Positions 17,293 to 21,906 of a DNA stretch of 21,906 nt are shown piece after piece. This DNA is from Armatimonadota bacterium (lineage in GTDB: Bacteria; Armatimonadota; Zipacnadia; Zipacnadales; UBA5352). Positions within the stretch are counted from its first letter, which is position 1. Every line of letters starts with the position of its first letter. The position numbers and the translations under genes were made by a program. The notes beneath the pieces were generated by a model. It was not told where the DNA came from. It did no database searches and saw only the letters and a list, made by a program, of their open reading frames with translations. The stretch spans positions 1 through 21,906 of the forward strand of contig JAYENL010000272.1 in assembly GCA_034722055.1 (NCBI GenBank). The letters run 5' to 3'.

Positions 17293-18465
17293 TCAGAAGC
17301 GCTTCTTGCGCTCGCGTCCCCGTGAGCTGTCCTTCTTCTCCTTGCGTCGCTCGCGTCGCTTGCGGCGCTTCTCCTCCTGGGCCGCGCGCTCCGCCTCCCG
17401 CATGGTCTGCCGGGCGCTGGGCTTGGCGGCCTCCTCCTCTTCCTCCTCCTGCTGCTCGTCCAACTCGACGGAGCCGGCAGCCCCCTCGGCGGCCGAGGTG
17501 GCGGAGGCGGCCCTGGCGGGAGAGGGTGCGCGTCCGGCGCGCCTGTCGGCGATGTGATACCAGGCGACGACGATGGGGCTGGCGGTGAAGATGGAGGAGT
17601 AGCACCCGGTGGTGATACCGATGATGAGCGCCAGCGCGAAGCCCTCGATGGTGGCTCCACCCAGCAGATAGAGCGCGATGAGCGTGAACAGGGTGGTGAT
17701 GACGGTATTGAGGGACCGAGCCATGGTCTGCAGCAGGCTGGCGTTGACCACGCTGTCAAGCGGCGCGCGCCGATGGAGGCCCCGGTTCTCGCGGATGCGG
17801 TCGAAGATAATCACGGTGTCGTTCATGGAGTACCCCAGGACCGTCAGAAGGGCCGCCACGAACCATGTGTTGAGCTCTGTCTGCAGGATGGCCAGGGCGC
17901 CGACAAGGATGGCGGTGTCGTGGATCAATGCTATGACCGCGGCCACGGCGAAGCGGAACTCGTAGCGGACGGTGATGTAGATGAGGATGAACGCTATCCC
18001 CAGTGCCAGGGCCTGGATCGCTGAGCGCGTGAGCATCTCGCCGATAACCGGACCGACGGTCTCCCGGCCGAGGGACTGGATGCCACCGGCCTGGTCACCG
18101 AACAGCTTCGTGAGGCCGGCCTCCACGGCCGTGTCACGCTCCCGCGCCTCCTTGTCGTTCTCGATCTCCGGGGTACGGATGTAGATGCGGTTGTCGCCGG
18201 CGACAAGTATCTGGCTCTTGCCCAGGCCCATCTCCGCGAGCATCCGCCGCGTCTGCTGGGTAACCTCGCGCCCCTGCCCCGGCTCGGTGATGAGCGGCTG
18301 CTCGAACTCGTAGCGTAGCAGACTCCCGCCGGTGAAGTCGATACCCCAGTTGAGGCGTCTGCCAACGCAGAAGCTCATGCCGATAGCGATGAGGATGGCC
18401 GAGATAGTGAACCAGAGCCAACTGTATTTGACGATGTCCCAGTCCTGCCTGCGGAAGAAATCCAC
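17293..18465 (-). CDS. secF: Protein translocase subunit SecF
   Basis: LNWGIDFTGG, VGP.IG, YI..RYE, HD, GYSMNDTVIIFDRIRE, RS.NT, G.YSSIF.A; GAGGAGG RBS. Confidence 0.97.
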   Translation of the reverse strand: MDFFRRQDWDIVKYSWLWFTISAILIAIGMSFCVGRRLNWGIDFTGGSLLRYEFEQPLITEPGQGREVTQQTRRMLAEMGLGKSQILVAGDNRIYIRTPEIENDKEARERDTAVEAGLTKLFGDQAGGIQSLGRETVGPVIGEMLTRSAIQALALGIAFILIYITVRYEFRFAVAAVIALIHDTAILVGALAILQTELNTWFVAALLTVLGYSMNDTVIIFDRIRENRGLHRRAPLDSVVNASLLQTMARSLNTVITTLFTLIALYLLGGATIEGFALALIIGITTGCYSSIFTASPIVVAWYHIADRRAGRAPSPARAASATSAAEGAAGSVELDEQQEEEEEEAAKPSARQTMREAERAAQEEKRRKRRERRKEKKDSSRGRERKKRF

Positions 18466-18531
18466 CAGTTGTCCTCCTCGTGTCCAGGCGCGTCAGGTGA
18501 GCGTGTACGGCCCGATCGGCGTCGTCCAGCC

Positions 18532-20514
18532 TCAGGCCGGCTGGACCTGGTCGGCCTCCTCGGAGCGCTCACCGACTCCGTAGAGGCCGCGGCGCTGGGC
18601 CCATCGGGCGTCAGCCACCATGGTCAGTAGCCAGCGGGTAACCGTGACGGCGGTGAAGAGGTGGCAGACGACGCCAATGAAGAGCATGATGGCAAAGCCC
18701 TTGATGAGGCTGGTGCCCAGCCAGTAGAGCACCGCAGCGGCGATGAGGGTGGTGACGTTGGCGTCGAGGATTGCGGTCCACGCACGGTCGAAGCCCGCGG
18801 CCACCGCCGAGCGGAGGGACTTGCGCGACCAGAGCTCCTCCTTGAGACGTTCGAAGATGATGACATTGGCGTCCACCGCCGTCCCCAGGGAGAGGATGAT
18901 TCCGGCGATTCCCGGGAGGGTGAGGGTGACCTCAGAGTAGGCGGTGACAGCGATAACGAGCGCGATGTAGAGCGTGAGGGCAGCGTCCGCGAGCAGTCCG
19001 GGGAGACGGTAGTAGGCGATCATGAAGATCATAACCGCGATGACGCCGTAGCTTGCGGCCTTCAGGCTGCGGACGATGGAGTCCTCTCCGAGGGTAGCGC
19101 TGACGGTGCGGTTCTCGACGATCTCCAGCGGGACGGGCAGGGCACCAGCGTTGAGCAGAAGCCTGAGGTCGCTGGCCTCTTCGGCGTCCATGTTCCCCTC
19201 GATGATGCCGTTGCCGGGAATCGCGGAGCGGATAACCGGCGCCATCTGGCACTCGCGGTCGAGGGTGATGGCCATAATCTGACCAATGTGCCGGCGGGTG
19301 AACTGGTGGAAATCGTCCTTCTTGTTGGGCTTGAGCTCGAAGGCCACGACCCAGTCGCCGGCCTGGCCGGACTGCACTGTGGCGTTGGCCTGCAGGTCGC
19401 GGCCGCTGAACTCCGCGGGGGACTCGGCCCGGACCTGCTCCCAGGTCACGGTCTGGCCGCTCTGGGTGTCTTCCCACTCCTCGTAGTTGAGGGTGCCGAT
19501 GGGCTTGTAGCGGTCAGGGACGAGCCGGAACTCCAGCATGGCCGTGTCCTTGAGGATGTCCATCACGCGCTGGGGGTCCTTGACGCCGGGCATCTCTACG
19601 ATGATGCGGTCGTAGCCCTGCTTCTGAATGACCGGTTCCCGGATCTCGCCGAAACGGTAGAGGCGCTGCTCGATGATGTACTTGACCTGCTCGGCAGTGT
19701 TGTCGTCCACGAAGACGGCGGAGGGCTCAACTCGCTCGATGTCGAGGCCCGGGTAGTTCTCCATGAGGAACTCGTAGACGGCCTCCTGCTGCCGCTCGAC
19801 CTGCCGCTTGTTGTCCGGTCGGGTGTGAATCTCAAGGCGGTTGCCGCCGATGACCTGCACGTCGGCCTCCGTGGGGTCAGCCCCGGTCTGCTGCAGCAGT
19901 GATGTCACGCGCAGGACGAGCTGCTCCTCGGTAAAGGGCGGACGGAACTGGCCCTCCTCGAACTCCTGGTCCTCCTCGGCGACCAGCGGAGTATCCTCGG
20001 GCAGCACGAAGCTCAATTCAGCGTCAGACAGGCAGCGGAGGACGACGTGGGCGCCGCCCTGCAGGTCCAGTCCGAGGCGGAGCTGCGGAATGGGGGTATA
20101 GATGCCGAAGTGCCAGAAGGTCGCGATCGGCTCCTCCTTCTCCTCCTCGCCGGGGGCCCGGGACAGCTCCACCTGCTCGAACTCGTTCCTGAGGGTCTCG
20201 AGGACGAGCTTGCGATTACGCTCGGCCTGCTCCTGCTTGACTGCGAAGGTCTCGACGGTGAGGAGGTTGTCCTCAAGGATCGTGACCTCAGCTTCGTCCA
20301 GGCCGGCCTCTGTCAGGCTCTCGGCGATCTCCTCCTGGCGGTCGTCAATGTCCTCGCGCGAGTCGTAGATAGGCTCCGCTGTCTCGAAAGCGAACTGGCT
20401 CTGCACAGTGAAGCCTCGCTTGCGCTCCAGCCGGATGGGCGCGAAGCCGACCAGGAAGGCGGCGATGAAGAGCAGGATGATGCTTGTGATCCAGACCTTC
20501 GGGCGTGACTGCAT
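18532..20514 (-). CDS. secD: Protein translocase subunit SecD with enlarged P1 region
   Basis: LGLDLQGG, EP.IQ.QG..RIIVEMPG, A.LEFR, L.AGALP.P, V.ATLG, TLTLPGIAG, AVDANVIIFER.KEE, AILDANVTT, KGFA; AAGGAG RBS. Confidence 0.97.
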   Translation of the reverse strand: MQSRPKVWITSIILLFIAAFLVGFAPIRLERKRGFTVQSQFAFETAEPIYDSREDIDDRQEEIAESLTEAGLDEAEVTILEDNLLTVETFAVKQEQAERNRKLVLETLRNEFEQVELSRAPGEEEKEEPIATFWHFGIYTPIPQLRLGLDLQGGAHVVLRCLSDAELSFVLPEDTPLVAEEDQEFEEGQFRPPFTEEQLVLRVTSLLQQTGADPTEADVQVIGGNRLEIHTRPDNKRQVERQQEAVYEFLMENYPGLDIERVEPSAVFVDDNTAEQVKYIIEQRLYRFGEIREPVIQKQGYDRIIVEMPGVKDPQRVMDILKDTAMLEFRLVPDRYKPIGTLNYEEWEDTQSGQTVTWEQVRAESPAEFSGRDLQANATVQSGQAGDWVVAFELKPNKKDDFHQFTRRHIGQIMAITLDRECQMAPVIRSAIPGNGIIEGNMDAEEASDLRLLLNAGALPVPLEIVENRTVSATLGEDSIVRSLKAASYGVIAVMIFMIAYYRLPGLLADAALTLYIALVIAVTAYSEVTLTLPGIAGIILSLGTAVDANVIIFERLKEELWSRKSLRSAVAAGFDRAWTAILDANVTTLIAAAVLYWLGTSLIKGFAIMLFIGVVCHLFTAVTVTRWLLTMVADARWAQRRGLYGVGERSEEADQVQPA

Positions 20515-20582
20515 ACTGCTTCTTCTCCTTCTTCAGCCAAGGGAAACAGGCAGGGGCCGGAGACTACGACAACTATAGGCGA

Positions 20583-20611
20583 AGTATAGGTGAACACGGA
20601 TACGCTGTCAA
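20583..20611 (-). promoter_or_regulatory. Sigma70-type promoter for secDF
   Basis: Minus strand TTGACA (20611-20606), 17-nt spacer, TATACT (20588-20583), about 70 nt upstream of the secD ATG. Confidence 0.8.
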
Positions 20612-20718
20612 CGCAGGGACGTCGGGCGCAAGGCCCGGCAGCGGCCCAGGCGAGCACCGCCTACCGGCCGGAGCAGCGAAGCCCGGCACCTGCGGTGCAG
20701 GCGGTGACCTGGTGGAGC

Positions 20719-20753
20719 GAAGAAAGAGGGCCGGGGAGGCGGGCCCCGACCCT
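20719..20753 (-). terminator. Probable intrinsic terminator after the prepilin-like gene
   Basis: Minus strand AGGGTCGGGG / CCCCGGCCCT stem (one G-U pair), 7-nt loop, followed by CTTTCTT. Confidence 0.5.
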
Positions 20754-20778
20754 TGGCATGGCCTGTATGGCGCGGGCC

Positions 20779-21459
20779 TCAGTCCACGCGTGGCGTGAAG
20801 TCCTGGGGCGTGGCGCGGTTGATCCACTTCACGTGCCCGTCGAAGTAGCTGGCGTTGACGCCGCTGTTGTGACGCCTCATCTGCTCCAGGATCTGCCAGT
20901 TGACGTATGGTGTGCCATCCCAGTCGCCGTTGACCCACTTGGCCATAACGATGGCGGTGGCGCTGGGTGAGTGGAACATGGCGCGGGTCCAATCCAGGCT
21001 CCGGTCGGGGAAGTACCACCCGTCCATGAGCATGATGGTGCCGGACGGGTCCTGGATCTCGCTCTCGTTGGCGTCGGCGAGATAGTAGTGGCAGTAGTAG
21101 TAGGAGCTGTAGGGGCCCATGGTGGTATAGGGCGGGGACCATATCGGCTCCTCAGTAGCGGGCTTGCTGGGGCACTGGAAGATGTCCTGGTTGTAGATGT
21201 AGGAGTAGACGCAGTGTATCCACCGGTAGACGATGTTGTTGCCGGCCTCGTACCAATTCGGTGGCATAGAGCCGTCGTAATCGGACCTGTACATCGCGAA
21301 CGCGGTTCCGATCTGCTTCAGGTTGTTCTGGCAGGCGCTGATCCGTGCCTTCTCCTTCGCGCGAGCGAAAACGGGGAAGAGGATCGCAGCCAGGATCGCG
21401 ATAATCGCGATCACGACCAGCAGTTCGATGAGCGTAAAACCTCGGATTCGACGCGTCAC
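20779..21459 (-). CDS. Prepilin-type N-terminal cleavage/methylation protein (DUF1559 / H-X9-DG family)
   Basis: [43 protein letters not shown]-terminal [26 protein letters not shown]. Confidence 0.95.
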   Translation of the reverse strand: MTRRIRGFTLIELLVVIAIIAILAAILFPVFARAKEKARISACQNNLKQIGTAFAMYRSDYDGSMPPNWYEAGNNIVYRWIHCVYSYIYNQDIFQCPSKPATEEPIWSPPYTTMGPYSSYYYCHYYLADANESEIQDPSGTIMLMDGWYFPDRSLDWTRAMFHSPSATAIVMAKWVNGDWDGTPYVNWQILEQMRRHNSGVNASYFDGHVKWINRATPQDFTPRVD

Positions 21460-21585
21460 CGCGGATCACCCTCCTAGGTGGACGGCCACCATGCGGCCTC
21501 TCTAACCCTGCCGGGCAGGGCTAATGCCTATGCAACACCCTCTGGCGCGCCGGTCACGCGCCGCATGCTCGGCTCTCGACCGGTG

Positions 21586-21615
21586 ATTATAGTTGCGCCG
21601 CTACCGCGGTGTCAA
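21586..21615 (-). promoter_or_regulatory. Consensus sigma70-type promoter for the prepilin-like gene
   Basis: Minus strand TTGACA (21615-21610), 18-nt spacer, TATAAT (21591-21586); both hexamers are perfect despite the very GC-rich background. Confidence 0.85.
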
Positions 21616-21641
21616 GCTAACAGGCGCCGGAGGGCGCGTTT

Positions 21642-21905
21642 TCAGATTGTCGGTTGCGGCCGGGCGAGAGTCAGCAGCGAGCAGCTACCAGCTCTGAGCT
21701 GACGGAGAGGGCCGACGGCCAGGCTGTGGACGCACCGTCGGGCGGCCACGCCCGCGGGCCGTGTGGTGCGGAGGTCGGGCGTGCCTACGCCCGACGCGGG
21801 CCGACGCCCCGCAGCCGTTGCCGTTGGAGGGGCCGCGCGACGATGGGTGCGAAGCACCCGGAGGAGGCCGGCCCAAGATGCCGTGCCGTTGAGGGTGCGC
21901 TCGAA
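21642..21905 (-). CDS. Possible 3' end of an unidentified CDS entering from the window edge
   Basis: Frame is open from 21905 (FERTLNGTASWAGLLRVLR...) to TGA at 21644-21642. The first codons have a coding-like G/C third-position bias, the later ones less so; no motif recognised. Confidence 0.3.
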   Translation of the reverse strand, partial: FERTLNGTASWAGLLRVLRTHRRAAPPTATAAGRRPASGVGTPDLRTTRPAGVAARRCVHSLAVGPLRQLRAGSCSLLTLARPQPTI

Positions 21906-21906
21906 C

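Noticed and set aside
1201..19902. Long antisense or alternate-frame ORFs (e.g. 1201-2811-, 3834-5891-, 7758-9518-, 10074-11303-, 13890-15509+, 18661-19902+)
   Set aside because: They shadow well-supported genes, lack motifs, and are expected from stop-codon scarcity in high-GC DNA.
20779..21459. Prepilin-like gene as a novel pilus or secretion system
   Set aside because: DUF1559/H-X9-DG proteins are a known, highly paralogous family, and no assembly genes are adjacent.

Overview
High-GC bacterial chromosomal segment with no mobile element or CRISPR array. The DUF1559/H-X9-DG prepilin-like gene plus lnt suggest a diderm Armatimonadota- or Planctomycetota-like host (inference). The + strand (1-12921) carries: a 5'-truncated AroK-AroB fusion; a tightly coupled four-gene envelope-signalling cluster ending at a 12-bp hairpin terminator (PrkC-like PASTA protein with a dead-looking kinase domain, ECF sigma, zinc-finger anti-sigma ending in an STN/FecR-C-like domain, exported CsgG/FlgT-like protein); ROK kinase; cupin-type glucose-6-phosphate isomerase; guaB; a tandem amidohydrolase pair (one lacking its metal ligands); tRNA-Glu(CTC) with promoter and terminator; a macrodomain protein; and a lytic transglycosylase with a probable OB-fold. 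The - strand (13144-21906) carries a prepilin-like gene, secD, secF, an Lrp/AsnC regulator, a PLP aminotransferase, lnt and a C26 gamma-glutamyl hydrolase. The best candidate for an undescribed system is the pseudokinase-PASTA/ECF/anti-sigma/CsgG-like module at 1390-6025. All domain calls are by-eye motif recognition, not database hits.
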